Source of the DNA: Bacteroidaceae bacterium
GTDB lineage: Bacteria > Bacteroidota > Bacteroidia > Bacteroidales > Bacteroidaceae
Direction of reading: 5' to 3'
Length of the DNA: 64,000 nt
Assembly (NCBI GenBank): GCA_045588345.1
Contig: JAZNDZ010000005.1
Coordinates: forward strand, 1,138-65,137
A program made the position numbers and the translations under genes. Of this stretch, positions 20,401 to 29,361 are shown piece after piece; positions within the stretch are counted from its first letter, which is position 1, and the number at the start of each line of letters is the position of its first letter. A model generated the notes under the pieces. It was not told the DNA's origin and did not search any database. It saw only the letters and a list, made by a program, of their open reading frames with translations.

Positions 20401-22070
20401 AGGCTATCGTGCGCTCTACTATACGCATCAGCGGCCTTGAGGGCAATGTAGAGTTCCAGGGCGTGAAGGGCGCGTTTGTCGGGACTGACAAGAACGACAT
20501 CGCCAACGTAAAGGCATACTTCGCCACCAATTCACGCGAACTATTCATTGATGCCGATAAGAAGATGACTTGGCGCGAGGAGAACGGAGAGCAGTTCGGC
20601 CAGGCTGTAACAATCAACGATGACGGCACGTTCAGCATCACCGGCACAAAGAGCCTTGAGCCGGGCGACCACTACCTTTGGATTACATACGACATTGCCG
20701 AAAATGCCAAGGAGGGCAACACCGTTGATGCAAACATCACAGCATACACTGTGGACGGCAAGGATGTTGCCGAGAGCAGGGGCAATCCCGAGCACAGCGT
20801 TACGATATTCCTTTCAGAGGGTGCAGTGCTCATGCCAATGGACAAAGGTTCGCTCTACTACCGCATACCGGCTATCACTGTAACAAAAGACGGCAAACGT
20901 CTTGTCACACTAACCGACGACCGCAAAGGCCATAACGCAGACCTTCCTTCGCACTGCTACCTGGTAGCGCAGTACTCCGAGGACAACGGCCGCACATGGA
21001 GCAACCCTGTTACCGTTGCCGGAACAGCAGAAACAGGCGGTAACTACGGACACGGCGATGCTTCAATCGTTACCAACCGTGAGAATGGCGAAATTGTGGG
21101 TATAATGACAAGTGCCGGAACATACGGCCACGGATTCTTCGCCGGAACAGCAGCAGAGCCTCCACGCTGGAAGACTATTACCAGCCGTGACGGCGGCCTT
21201 ACATGGGAAGCACCTGTTGACCACACTGATGACCTTTTTGGTGCAAACTGTTCAAATCCTAACACAAACACATGGAAGAGCGGATTCTCAGGTTCGGGCG
21301 CAGCACTCCAGAAACGCGACGGAACACTTGTGTCAAGTTTTGTAAACCGCCAGGCCGACAACAGCCAGCATTTCTACTTCTTCATGAGCAAGGACGGCGG
21401 TCAGAACTGGTATGTGAGCGGAACAAGTGGTACAAGCGGTGCCGACGAGCCAAAGACACTTGAGCGCAACAACGGCGACCTTGCCATAAGCGTACGTTCA
21501 AGCGGATACAACTACTACAACTACACATCGGATGACGGCGCTACATGGCATTTGCCTTCACAGACACGTTTCACAAGCGGAATTTCCGGCAATGCATGCG
21601 ACGGCGAGTACATGGTATGGTGCTCCACCGTTGAAGGCAATCCATGGGATGTTGCATTGCAGACACTGCCTAACAGCGGAAGCCGCCAGAACGTGAGCAT
21701 CGCTCTCTCAACCGACGAAGGCGCAACCTTCGGTACGCCGAAGACTATCTGCCCAAGAGGCTCAGCATACAGCGCAGCAGTAGTTTTGCCCGACGGCACA
21801 CTCGGCGTTTATTACGAGGAGAACGGACTGTTCGGAGGCTACACCATGCGTTTCGTGCGCTTCTCGCTCGACTGGGCAAGCAACGGCAAATACAAGTTCA
21901 CTGACGAGAACCCCTTCTACCCTATCAGGTCGACCAACCCTACAGGAGTTGAAGAACTGGAAACTGAAAACGGAAAAGTGAAAGAGATTTACGACCTGCA
22001 AGGCCGCAAGGTAGAGAACCCCGATAAAGGTATATATATCATTAACGGAAAGAAGGTTTTTGTAAAGTAA
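17421..22070 (+). CDS. Multidomain secreted enzyme: SGNH esterase, degenerate SGNH-like domain, lectin-like middle region, GH33 sialidase and T9SS C-terminal sorting domain
   Basis: 1549 aa with a signal peptide. Domain 1 has SGNH blocks FIGNSIT / GNSG / IGTND / DYLH. Domain 2 has GDEF / GTGD / NYLG at the same blocks. The C-terminal part has YRIPAI and Asp boxes SEDNGRTW, SRDGGLTW, SKDGGQNW, SDDGATW and STDEGATF. The tail IYDLQGRKVENPDKGIYIINGKKVFVK is T9SS CTD-like. Confidence 0.85.
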   Translation: MKKITTFLCLLLMTTFALADEPFRNHRYDSFKVLAPGNESIVFIGNSITDMHCWPEAFKTSNGDYLPIVNRGNSGTYSTEQSNNLESYIAGKPKKVFLMIGTNDIATSGGLNFSGEQVLQYVKSIVERIHQRSPQTKIYLYSILNNKTGNRVEATWLHTNKIVKEYVEAQNAEWLKYIDLYDKLTGIAQGGVWSYDYLHLTAAAYQVWCETICEYLAEGEDYTVSTVYPKNTSAIQANGGLGGAHGMRATYFSALPISNDDVLVLGDEFIKNGEWQELLGNLNVKNRGTGWGYGGDIATTSKLVDAMYAETGVEKKDAKAIFIYTGTGDCNGSTSIETVKSNYKALVDKIAAKSPTSKIYLLALCPTNNATTNTSRIKVLNDYLATLTTENIDFVDTYTPLLNGSTANTRYFYPSNYLGALGYVKMANLMKDALAEDFPEDTYTVISETDAEVRYTQATLRNTLSQVIARGLIMERGTAMGQYDPEKMATFDAELNNAYDLLAKESITETEVTEMANKLNHAIETALAMPKASTTDEEFWYQFTSLRSPNLYVTAEGEAAGVAGKDNTASQATSMWKFVDRGDNSFDIVNRKYGSYLNPVANYNTQITTTKTKPANGWTVSYANTPGYYIISSGDVQLNQTGSGQSFTIYNWSSSTSLGSDRGDTGCQLAIAEAGEIEELPTSFTYTVDKNNGNLYRGTSVNQAWNSTWKSNSTPQLQFGCGTINNMNWVDNNVQLMTGTAGSATYTLTAPAGYTIADYSFTFANNGHTTGLALTMDDGTEYTTSATPQTISATKKAFSSVSFTLAGSNGKGVVLTNFTVTIKDDSPEMPAISTEGNEHWYYITSASAKTYCAGKVIYNDSETDKLRFGDKTFSADRVWSFWEKDGKLAIKNYKGEYFGTAGAGTGGSTSFGTVEEANYIYNIQSSYGFFIIKDNAVELHAQQAGEVIVRWGAEEGGASLWRFDEVDTSNALAELATTNVAQGKVSTGIGNKDQAIVRSTIRISGLEGNVEFQGVKGAFVGTDKNDIANVKAYFATNSRELFIDADKKMTWREENGEQFGQAVTINDDGTFSITGTKSLEPGDHYLWITYDIAENAKEGNTVDANITAYTVDGKDVAESRGNPEHSVTIFLSEGAVLMPMDKGSLYYRIPAITVTKDGKRLVTLTDDRKGHNADLPSHCYLVAQYSEDNGRTWSNPVTVAGTAETGGNYGHGDASIVTNRENGEIVGIMTSAGTYGHGFFAGTAAEPPRWKTITSRDGGLTWEAPVDHTDDLFGANCSNPNTNTWKSGFSGSGAALQKRDGTLVSSFVNRQADNSQHFYFFMSKDGGQNWYVSGTSGTSGADEPKTLERNNGDLAISVRSSGYNYYNYTSDDGATWHLPSQTRFTSGISGNACDGEYMVWCSTVEGNPWDVALQTLPNSGSRQNVSIALSTDEGATFGTPKTICPRGSAYSAAVVLPDGTLGVYYEENGLFGGYTMRFVRFSLDWASNGKYKFTDENPFYPIRSTNPTGVEELETENGKVKEIYDLQGRKVENPDKGIYIINGKKVFVK

Positions 22071-22107
22071 CACATCTGAAACGTCAAAGAATGCTTTAGC
22101 ATTTTAC

Positions 22108-22143
22108 ATAAAGAGAGCGCACCCGCGGGGGCGCTCTCTTTAT
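22108..22143 (+). terminator. Strong hairpin after the sialidase gene
   Basis: Perfect 13-bp stem ATAAAGAGAGCGC / GCGCTCTCTTTAT with a 10-nt loop. The trailing T-run is weak. Confidence 0.45.
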
Positions 22144-22310
22144 GTAGAAGATGTGTCCCGTTCTGAAATAGCGTAACGCAAAATACATTTTTTAATCATC
22201 TTCTTTCTGCATCTTCTTTCTGCAACTATGATAGAAAGAAAATATCGGTCAGTGCCTTAATTTCAAGATAAAAGCACTATATTCGCATACAACAACAAGA
22301 ATACACGATA

Positions 22311-24431
22311 ATGAAAAAACTCTTTCTGGCATTATTGCTTGCTTTGCCGCTATTGGCAACAGCACAGGAGAAAATTAAGGTTGCCTGCGTAGGCAACAGT
22401 GTGACATACGGTTACGGGCATGAGAACCCTGCCAAGACATCTTACCCCACCCAATTGCAGCAACTAATGGGCGAGGAATACGAGGTACGCAACTTCGGGC
22501 ACTCGGGCGCAACGCTGCTGAACAGCGGTCACCGGCCATATACCAAACTACCGGAATACAAGGCTGCGCTTGATTGGCAACCGGATATTGTTGTCATTCA
22601 TTTGGGACTGAACGATACCGACCCACGCAACTGGCCAAACTACCGCGATGAATTCTTCAGTGATTACACCGGCATAATTGACAGTTTCAAGAAAGCACAC
22701 CCCGACGGCAACCCACAGATATACATTTGCCGCATGACACCTATTTTCCATTGGCACCGCCGTTTCAAGAGCGGTACACGCGAGTGGTACTGGCAGATAC
22801 AAGAAGAGATAGAAAAGATTGCACAACACTGCAATATTGAACTGATTGACCTGAGCCGACACCTCTACAGCCGTCCCGACCTGATGCCCGATGCACTGCA
22901 CCCAGACCCGGAAGGTGCTGCAATTATAGCCAAGCAGGTCTATTCGGCGATAACCGATGATTTCGGCGGGTTGCAGTTGCCTGCAATATACAGCGACAAT
23001 ATGGTTGTTCAGCGCAACACACCGTTTATTGTCAGCGGAACCGCCGATGCAGGCAAGGAAGTTATTGCACGCTTCGGGAAACAGATGAGGGTGACTAATG
23101 CAGCGCAGGACGGCAGCTGGAAGGTCATGTTCACCCCAATGGATGCAGACGGCGAGAAATACAGCATATCTGTTGAATGCGGGAAGGATAAGATTAAGTT
23201 CAAGAATGTTGTTGTAGGCGAGGTATGGCTCTGCTCGGGCCAATCAAACATGGCATTCATGGTCAAGGAGAGTTCACACAAAGCACAGAGCCTTGCCAAC
23301 ATAAAAGGCAAAGACATTCGCTTCTATGACATGAAGCCGCGTGTTGTTACCGACAATATCGAGTGGGACAGCACTAACCTTGCAGCACTAAACCGTCACG
23401 ACTATTACAAGCCTACGGCATGGCAGTTGCAGAACGAGAAAAACGTGAGCGACTTCTCGGCTGTGGCTTACCATTTCGGAGCAATGCTTGCCGACTCGCT
23501 TGGAGTACCTGTGGGGCTTGTATGCAATGCTGTAGGCGGTGCTCCTGCTGAGGCTTTCATTGACCGCAAGACTCTGGAATTCAACCCCACACTTGTGGAC
23601 ATTTTATACAACTGGCGCGAAAACGGCATGATACAGGAGTGGTGCCGCGGCCGTGCAGCCCAAAACATTGCCAAAAGCACAGACAGACTGCAACGCCACC
23701 CCTACGAGCCTTGCTACCTGTACGAGACAGGCATCGCGCCCATAGCCTGTTACCCAATCAGGGGGGCTATCTGGTACCAAGGCGAATCGAATGCACATAA
23801 TGTAGAACTGCACGAAATAATTTTCCCTACCCTCGTCGACAGTTGGCGACGCACATGGCAGAACCCCGAAATGCCGTTCTACTTTGTACAGTTATCAGGC
23901 ATAAACCGCCCGTCATGGCCACACTTCCGCGACTCACAGCGCAGACTCGCCGATTCTATCCCATTCTGCGACTTTGCAGTATCAAGCGACAAAGGACACC
24001 CTACAGATGTACACCCCAAGGAGAAAGCGCCCGTAGGCGAGCGTCTTGCACGCCTTGCCCTTAATCAGACATACGGCATGAGCCACGTTGCTCAGCATGG
24101 CCCCACCCCCATGAGAGCATTCAGTTTCAATGGAAAGACAGTCATCGAGTTCAGCAATGCCACAGAACTGGCAACCAACGACGGCAAACCATTGCGTGGC
24201 ATTGAGATTGCCGGCAAGACAGGAGGCTTCACCGCTGTCGATTTTGAGAAACAGGCAAAAATCAAAGGCAACAGGATAATAATAAATTGTCCAGCCCACC
24301 GCATACGTTATGCATGGGAACCGTTCACCGATGCCAACCTTGTAAACGAAGCAGGGCTGCCTGCAAGCACGTTCGAAATAAAGGCAAGCGCTAAGCCAAG
24401 ACACCCAAGAAGAGAAAACGGAAACAGATGA
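22311..24431 (+). CDS. Sialate O-acetylesterase (N-terminal SGNH domain plus SASA/DUF303-type domain)
   Basis: 706 aa with a signal peptide. SGNH blocks CVGNSVTYG / GHSG / GLND / DALHP, then SASA motifs CSGQSNM, WYQGESN and DVHPKEK. Confidence 0.85.
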   Translation: MKKLFLALLLALPLLATAQEKIKVACVGNSVTYGYGHENPAKTSYPTQLQQLMGEEYEVRNFGHSGATLLNSGHRPYTKLPEYKAALDWQPDIVVIHLGLNDTDPRNWPNYRDEFFSDYTGIIDSFKKAHPDGNPQIYICRMTPIFHWHRRFKSGTREWYWQIQEEIEKIAQHCNIELIDLSRHLYSRPDLMPDALHPDPEGAAIIAKQVYSAITDDFGGLQLPAIYSDNMVVQRNTPFIVSGTADAGKEVIARFGKQMRVTNAAQDGSWKVMFTPMDADGEKYSISVECGKDKIKFKNVVVGEVWLCSGQSNMAFMVKESSHKAQSLANIKGKDIRFYDMKPRVVTDNIEWDSTNLAALNRHDYYKPTAWQLQNEKNVSDFSAVAYHFGAMLADSLGVPVGLVCNAVGGAPAEAFIDRKTLEFNPTLVDILYNWRENGMIQEWCRGRAAQNIAKSTDRLQRHPYEPCYLYETGIAPIACYPIRGAIWYQGESNAHNVELHEIIFPTLVDSWRRTWQNPEMPFYFVQLSGINRPSWPHFRDSQRRLADSIPFCDFAVSSDKGHPTDVHPKEKAPVGERLARLALNQTYGMSHVAQHGPTPMRAFSFNGKTVIEFSNATELATNDGKPLRGIEIAGKTGGFTAVDFEKQAKIKGNRIIINCPAHRIRYAWEPFTDANLVNEAGLPASTFEIKASAKPRHPRRENGNR

Positions 24432-24439
24432 AGGATATT

Positions 24440-24447
24440 TAATTTTG
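24440..24447 (+). promoter_or_regulatory. -7 promoter box (TAnnTTTG)
   Basis: TAATTTTG lies 45 nt upstream of the gmd ATG. Confidence 0.4.
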
Positions 24448-24491
24448 TATAAATATAATCATCTTTGAATTTAAAAATCGGGAAACATAAT

Positions 24492-25580
24492 ATGAAGACA
24501 GCCCTTATTACAGGAATTACAGGCCAAGACGGCTCTTTCCTCTCGGAGTTGCTTTTGGAAAAAGGATACGATGTACACGGTACAATACGCCGTTCATCGG
24601 TTGACTACCGTGAACGTATTGCACATTTGGAAGGTCACCCTAACTTTCACCTGCATTATGCCGACCTTGGAGACTCCATGAGCCTTATTCAAGTAATCGG
24701 CAAAGTGCGCCCCGACGAGATATACAACCTCGCGGCACAAAGTCATGTACAGGTAAGTTTTGACTCACCGGAATTCACAGCCAATGTAGATGCTACCGGC
24801 GTTCTTCGTGTACTTGAAGCAGTACGCTTGTGCGGGCTTGCCGAAACATGCCACATTTACCAGGCATCGACATCAGAACTATACGGAAAGGTTGAAGAGG
24901 TTCCTCAGAACGAGAACACTCCATTCCACCCCTACAGCCCGTACGCTGTTGCAAAGCTCTACGGTCATTGGATTGTAAAGGAGTACCGCGAGGCATACAA
25001 CATGTTCTGTTGCTCAGGTATTCTGTTCAACCATGAGAGCGAGCGCCGCGGCGAGACATTTGTCACACGCAAAATTACACTTGCCGCTTCACGCATTGCA
25101 CAGGGCAAACAGGAAAAGTTGTACTTGGGCAACCTTTCATCACTGCGTGACTGGGGTTATGCAAAGGACTATGTAGAATGCATGTGGCTAATGCTGCAGA
25201 ACGACAAGCCGGAAGATTTTGTAATTGCGACAGGCGAGCAGCACTCAGTGCGCGATTTCTGCTATTATGCATTCAAGCACGTTGGTATAGAACTTGAGTT
25301 TATTGGCGAAGGTGCCGACGAAAAAGGCATTGACAAGGCAACAGGCAAGGTTCTCATTGAGGTTTCACCCGATTTTTACCGTCCCACCGACGTTGTAAAC
25401 CTTTGGGGCGACCCGTCAAAGGCACGCAAGAAACTCGGCTGGAACCCGCAGAAGACCACATTCGAACAACTTGTAAAGATTATGGTAGATTCAGACATGG
25501 CAAAAGTTGCCATAGAAAAAGCAGGTGACCATATTCGCATGAACCTTGCCGAGTATCTCGAACGTGGAATCGTAAAATAA
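24492..25580 (+). CDS. gmd: GDP-mannose 4,6-dehydratase
   Basis: The ATG at 24492 gives [22 protein letters not shown]. The SDR YxxxK motif (YAVAKLY) and NHESERRG are present. The track ORF begins at an upstream TTG (24465), which is unlikely to be the real start. Confidence 0.95.
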   Translation: MKTALITGITGQDGSFLSELLLEKGYDVHGTIRRSSVDYRERIAHLEGHPNFHLHYADLGDSMSLIQVIGKVRPDEIYNLAAQSHVQVSFDSPEFTANVDATGVLRVLEAVRLCGLAETCHIYQASTSELYGKVEEVPQNENTPFHPYSPYAVAKLYGHWIVKEYREAYNMFCCSGILFNHESERRGETFVTRKITLAASRIAQGKQEKLYLGNLSSLRDWGYAKDYVECMWLMLQNDKPEDFVIATGEQHSVRDFCYYAFKHVGIELEFIGEGADEKGIDKATGKVLIEVSPDFYRPTDVVNLWGDPSKARKKLGWNPQKTTFEQLVKIMVDSDMAKVAIEKAGDHIRMNLAEYLERGIVK

Positions 25581-25588
25581 GAAGCAGA

Positions 25589-26530
25589 ATGGAGAAGAAC
25601 GCAAAAATATATGTAGCCGGGCATCGCGGAATGGTTGGTTCAGCCATTGTACGCGAATTGCAACGTCAAGGCTACACAAACATCGTTACACGCACGCACA
25701 GCGAACTTGACCTGTGCCGTCAGGAACAGGTAGAGAAGTTCTTTGCCCAAGAGAAGCCCGAATATGTATTCCTTGCAGCGGCAAAAGTAGGAGGCATTAT
25801 AGCCAACCACACTGCTCTTGCCGACTTCATGTACGACAACATGATGCTTGAAATGAATGTAATCAATGCCGCATGGCGCAATGGCTGCAAGAAATTGGAG
25901 TTCCTTGGTTCATCGTGCATCTACCCGCGATTGGCACCTCAACCAATGAAGGAGAGTTGCCTGCTCACATCGGAACTTGAGCCAACAAATGAGGCATACG
26001 CACTTGCAAAGATTTCGGGTCTCAAATATTGCGAATACCTGAACCGCCAGTATGGTACAGATTTCATCAGCGTGATGCCCACCAACCTATACGGGCCAAA
26101 CGACAACTACCACCCCACACACAGTCATGTGCTTCCGGCGCTTATACGCCGTTTCCACGAAGCAAAAGAGAATGGGCTGAAAGAAGTTACATGCTGGGGC
26201 GACGGAACACCTATGCGCGAATTCCTGTACGTCGATGACCTTGCCAACCTTTGCGTGTTCCTCATGAACAACTACAGCGGCAACGAGACTGTAAATGCCG
26301 GAACAGGGAAAGAGATATCCATTAAAGACCTTACCATTCTTGTTGCAAAGGTTGTCGGTTTTAAGGGAGAAATAAAATGGGATACAAGCAAGCCTAACGG
26401 TACTCCGCGCAAGTTGCTTGATGTATCGAAGAGTGCCTCGCTCGGCTGGAGTTACAAGACAGAACTTGAAGATGGCATAAGGCTATCATACGAGGATTTC
26501 CTCACCAACCCGACCAGAGCGGAACGGTAA
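25589..26530 (+). CDS. fcl: GDP-L-fucose synthase
   Basis: 313 aa. Motifs [19 protein letters not shown] and YALAK. It starts 8 nt after gmd. Confidence 0.95.
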   Translation: MEKNAKIYVAGHRGMVGSAIVRELQRQGYTNIVTRTHSELDLCRQEQVEKFFAQEKPEYVFLAAAKVGGIIANHTALADFMYDNMMLEMNVINAAWRNGCKKLEFLGSSCIYPRLAPQPMKESCLLTSELEPTNEAYALAKISGLKYCEYLNRQYGTDFISVMPTNLYGPNDNYHPTHSHVLPALIRRFHEAKENGLKEVTCWGDGTPMREFLYVDDLANLCVFLMNNYSGNETVNAGTGKEISIKDLTILVAKVVGFKGEIKWDTSKPNGTPRKLLDVSKSASLGWSYKTELEDGIRLSYEDFLTNPTRAER

Positions 26531-26563
26531 ACATATAAGAGGGTGACCCAAAAGTTATTTTAC

Positions 26564-26610
26564 AAAAAAAGAGGCTGCTAAAAATTATTTTTTAGTCAGC
26601 CTCTTTTTTT
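26564..26610. terminator. Bidirectional terminator between fcl and kbl
   Basis: AAAAAAAGAGGCTG ... CAGCCTCTTTTTTT, that is, an A-run, a hairpin and a T-run. Confidence 0.6.
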
Positions 26611-26662
26611 GTGGAGATGAATAAAAAGATGTAGTTCAAGGCTTGCGCCTTGAATATTATTC

Positions 26663-27853
26663 TTACTTTATAACCCCCAGTTCTCTACCCACCTTTATGA
26701 AGGCATTGATAGCCTTGTCAAGATGTTCTTGTTCGTGAGCAGCAGAGAGCTGGACACGGATACGCGCCTCACCCTTTGGAACAACCGGATAATAGAAACC
26801 TGTAACAAAGATTCCCTCCTTGGCCATTTTCTGCGCAAACACCTGAGAAAGAGGAGCATCGTAAAGCATTACGGCACAAATAGCCGACTGAGTGGGCTTG
26901 ATGTCAAAGCCGGCAGCAAGCATCTTTTCGCGGAAGTAATTCACGTTGTTCTGCAATTTAGTATGCAATGCATCGCTCTCTGCAAGCATCTTGAACACCT
27001 CAATTGAGGCACCGACTACTGAAGGCGGCAAAGAGTTTGAGAACAGATATGGACGTGAGCGCTGGCGCAACATGTCTATAATCTCTTTGCGGCCGGTTGT
27101 AAAACCACCCACAGCACCACCGAAGGCCTTGCCAAATGTACCTGTAAAAATGTCAATGCGGCCGTAGCAACCGAACTGTTCAGCAACGCCATGGCCTGTA
27201 GCACCTACAACACCTGCTGAATGTGACTCATCGACCATTACCAGTGCATTGTACTTTTCGGCAAGGTCACATATCTTGTCCATTGGAGCCACATTGCCAT
27301 CCATAGAGAAAACACCGTCGGTTACAATAATGCGGAAGCGCTGAGCCTGCGCCTCTTGCAGACAACGCTCAAGGTCGGCCATATCGGCGTTAGCATAGCG
27401 GTAACGCTGAGCCTTGCACAAACGCACGCCGTCAATGATTGAGGCATGGTTCAATGAGTCGGAAATAATTGCATCCTCAGCAGTGAACAACGGTTCAAAA
27501 AGGCCTCCGTTGGCATCGAAGCAGGCAGCATAGAGAATTGTATCTTCGGTCTTGAAATAATCGGCAATTGCCTTCTCAAGAGTCTTGTGATAATCCTGCG
27601 TACCGCAGATGAAACGTACCGACGACATACCATATCCGCGAGCCTCCATAGCCTCCCGGGCAGCCTTCATCAGGCGGGGATTGTTAGAGAGGCCAAGATA
27701 GTTGTTGGCACAGAAATTGAGTGCCTTTGAGCCGTCTTCAAGAGTAATCTCGGCAAACTGCTGCGATGCGATGTTACGTTCTCTCTTGTAAAGACCGGCC
27801 TCATCTATTGCAGCCAGTTCATTCTGCAAATGTTGTTGAAATTTCCCGTACAT
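26663..27853 (-). CDS. kbl: Glycine C-acetyltransferase (2-amino-3-ketobutyrate CoA ligase)
   Basis: 396 aa alpha-oxoamine synthase fold. PLP-lysine context TGTFGKAFGG, plus DESHS. Divergently paired with tdh. Confidence 0.9.
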   Translation of the reverse strand: MYGKFQQHLQNELAAIDEAGLYKRERNIASQQFAEITLEDGSKALNFCANNYLGLSNNPRLMKAAREAMEARGYGMSSVRFICGTQDYHKTLEKAIADYFKTEDTILYAACFDANGGLFEPLFTAEDAIISDSLNHASIIDGVRLCKAQRYRYANADMADLERCLQEAQAQRFRIIVTDGVFSMDGNVAPMDKICDLAEKYNALVMVDESHSAGVVGATGHGVAEQFGCYGRIDIFTGTFGKAFGGAVGGFTTGRKEIIDMLRQRSRPYLFSNSLPPSVVGASIEVFKMLAESDALHTKLQNNVNYFREKMLAAGFDIKPTQSAICAVMLYDAPLSQVFAQKMAKEGIFVTGFYYPVVPKGEARIRVQLSAAHEQEHLDKAINAFIKVGRELGVIK

Positions 27854-27928
27854 AGTTATAGTTTGATTAAATGATTATATTCCTGTCATAAAGTTGCGAA
27901 ACGGCACAGCCCCTTGCCACCTCAAAGG

Positions 27929-27936
27929 CAAATGTA
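27929..27936 (-). promoter_or_regulatory. -7 promoter box for kbl
   Basis: The minus-strand sequence reads TACATTTG, 76 nt upstream of the kbl ATG. Confidence 0.35.
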
Positions 27937-28034
27937 CCTTTTTATCAAAAGAACCGCAACATATACTAATAAAAAATTGCTTTTTTTAACGTAAAAAAGG
28001 AGAAACGATAGAGCGGTATTACAAAAAATAAATG

Positions 28035-28042
28035 TAACTTTG
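28035..28042 (+). promoter_or_regulatory. -7 promoter box for tdh
   Basis: TAACTTTG lies 51 nt upstream of the ATG at 28093. Confidence 0.4.
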
Positions 28043-28092
28043 AAAGCGATAGATAAAATCCAGTCAATTCAGAAACGACATAATACAGGCTT

Positions 28093-29049
28093 ATGAAAAA
28101 CGTACTTGTTATCGGTTCTACCGGACAGATTGGTTCGGAACTTACAATGAAACTACGCAACATGATACCCGACGGCAATATTGTTGCAGGTTATATCCCG
28201 GGTGCAGAGCCAAAAGGCATTCTCCTTGAAAGCGGCCCGGCCGAAGAGGCAAATGTAAAGAATGCACAGCAACTTGCCGATATTGTAGAGAAATACAAGA
28301 TTGACACCATATACAACCTTGCTGCACTTCTTTCGGCTGTTGCCGAGGCCAAGCCGCTGCTTGCTTGGGACATTCAAATGAACGGTCTTTTGAACATACT
28401 TGAGATTGCACGCGAGAAGAAGTGTGCAGTGTTCACCCCGAGTTCAATTGGTTCATTCGGCCCCAACACACCGGCCGACAACACACCGCAAGACACCATT
28501 CAGCGCCCACGCACCATGTACGGCGTGACCAAGGTTGCCACTGAGTTGCTCAGCGACTATTACTTCATCAAATATGGCGTAGACACACGTGCTGTACGCT
28601 TCCCCGGGCTCATTTCAAATGTGACACTCCCCGGCGGCGGAACAACCGACTACGCAGTGGAGATATACTACGCGGCTGTCAAGGGCGAGGACTTTGCATG
28701 CCCAATCCAAGCCGGAACATTCATGGACATGATGTACATGCCCGATGCACTGAAAGCAGCAGTGGACATAATGAATGCCGACCCGTCACGTCTCATTCAC
28801 CGCAACGCATTCAATGTTGCATCAATGACATTCGACCCTGAGATTATCAAGGCATCAATACAGAAATATATCCCCGACTTCAAGATGCACTATGAGTTCG
28901 ACCCCGTGCGCCAGGCTATTGCCGATTCATGGCCGAACAAGATGGACGATTCATGTGCACGCAACGAATGGGACTGGCAGCCATCTTATGACCTTGACTC
29001 AATGACACAGGACATGATAAAGACGCTGCGCGAGAGATTCGGCAAATAA
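28093..29049 (+). CDS. tdh: L-threonine 3-dehydrogenase, SDR/epimerase-family type
   Basis: 318 aa. Rossmann motif VIGSTGQIGSEL and catalytic YGVTK. Divergent adjacency to kbl supports the threonine-to-glycine pathway assignment. Confidence 0.8.
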   Translation: MKNVLVIGSTGQIGSELTMKLRNMIPDGNIVAGYIPGAEPKGILLESGPAEEANVKNAQQLADIVEKYKIDTIYNLAALLSAVAEAKPLLAWDIQMNGLLNILEIAREKKCAVFTPSSIGSFGPNTPADNTPQDTIQRPRTMYGVTKVATELLSDYYFIKYGVDTRAVRFPGLISNVTLPGGGTTDYAVEIYYAAVKGEDFACPIQAGTFMDMMYMPDALKAAVDIMNADPSRLIHRNAFNVASMTFDPEIIKASIQKYIPDFKMHYEFDPVRQAIADSWPNKMDDSCARNEWDWQPSYDLDSMTQDMIKTLRERFGK

Positions 29050-29130
29050 TATACAAAAGGACAAGAGCAACGAACAACAACCATTCATTTTCTGTTTAGA
29101 TTACATTATGTGTTACTAAAACAGAATATC

Positions 29131-29301
29131 ATGAATGTAAAAAAAGAGTATTCAAAACCTTGTTGCACCATTGTAGATTGCGAACTGACTAACGTTATCC
29201 TTGCCGACAGCCAACCACAAAGGAGCAGTAGCGCACAACCGGCAACAGACAGTAGCGACACCACAACCGACGGCGGTTGGAGCAACATCTGGAATAATTG
29301 A
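29131..29301 (+). CDS. Small hypothetical peptide (56 aa)
   Basis: The ATG at 29131 gives MNVKKEYSKPCCTIVDCELTNVILADS... followed by a Ser/Thr/Asp-rich tail. A clean terminator follows directly. No recognisable family. Confidence 0.35.
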   Translation: MNVKKEYSKPCCTIVDCELTNVILADSQPQRSSSAQPATDSSDTTTDGGWSNIWNN

Positions 29302-29302
29302 C

Positions 29303-29338
29303 AAAAAAAAGAGATTTCAAACGAAATCTCTTTTTTTT
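29303..29338. terminator. Bidirectional terminator between the small ORF and nadA
   Basis: AAAAAAAAGAGATTTC-AAAC-GAAATCTCTTTTTTTT. Confidence 0.7.
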
Positions 29339-29361
29339 GTCTGGGGAAGCCGCTAATGCTG

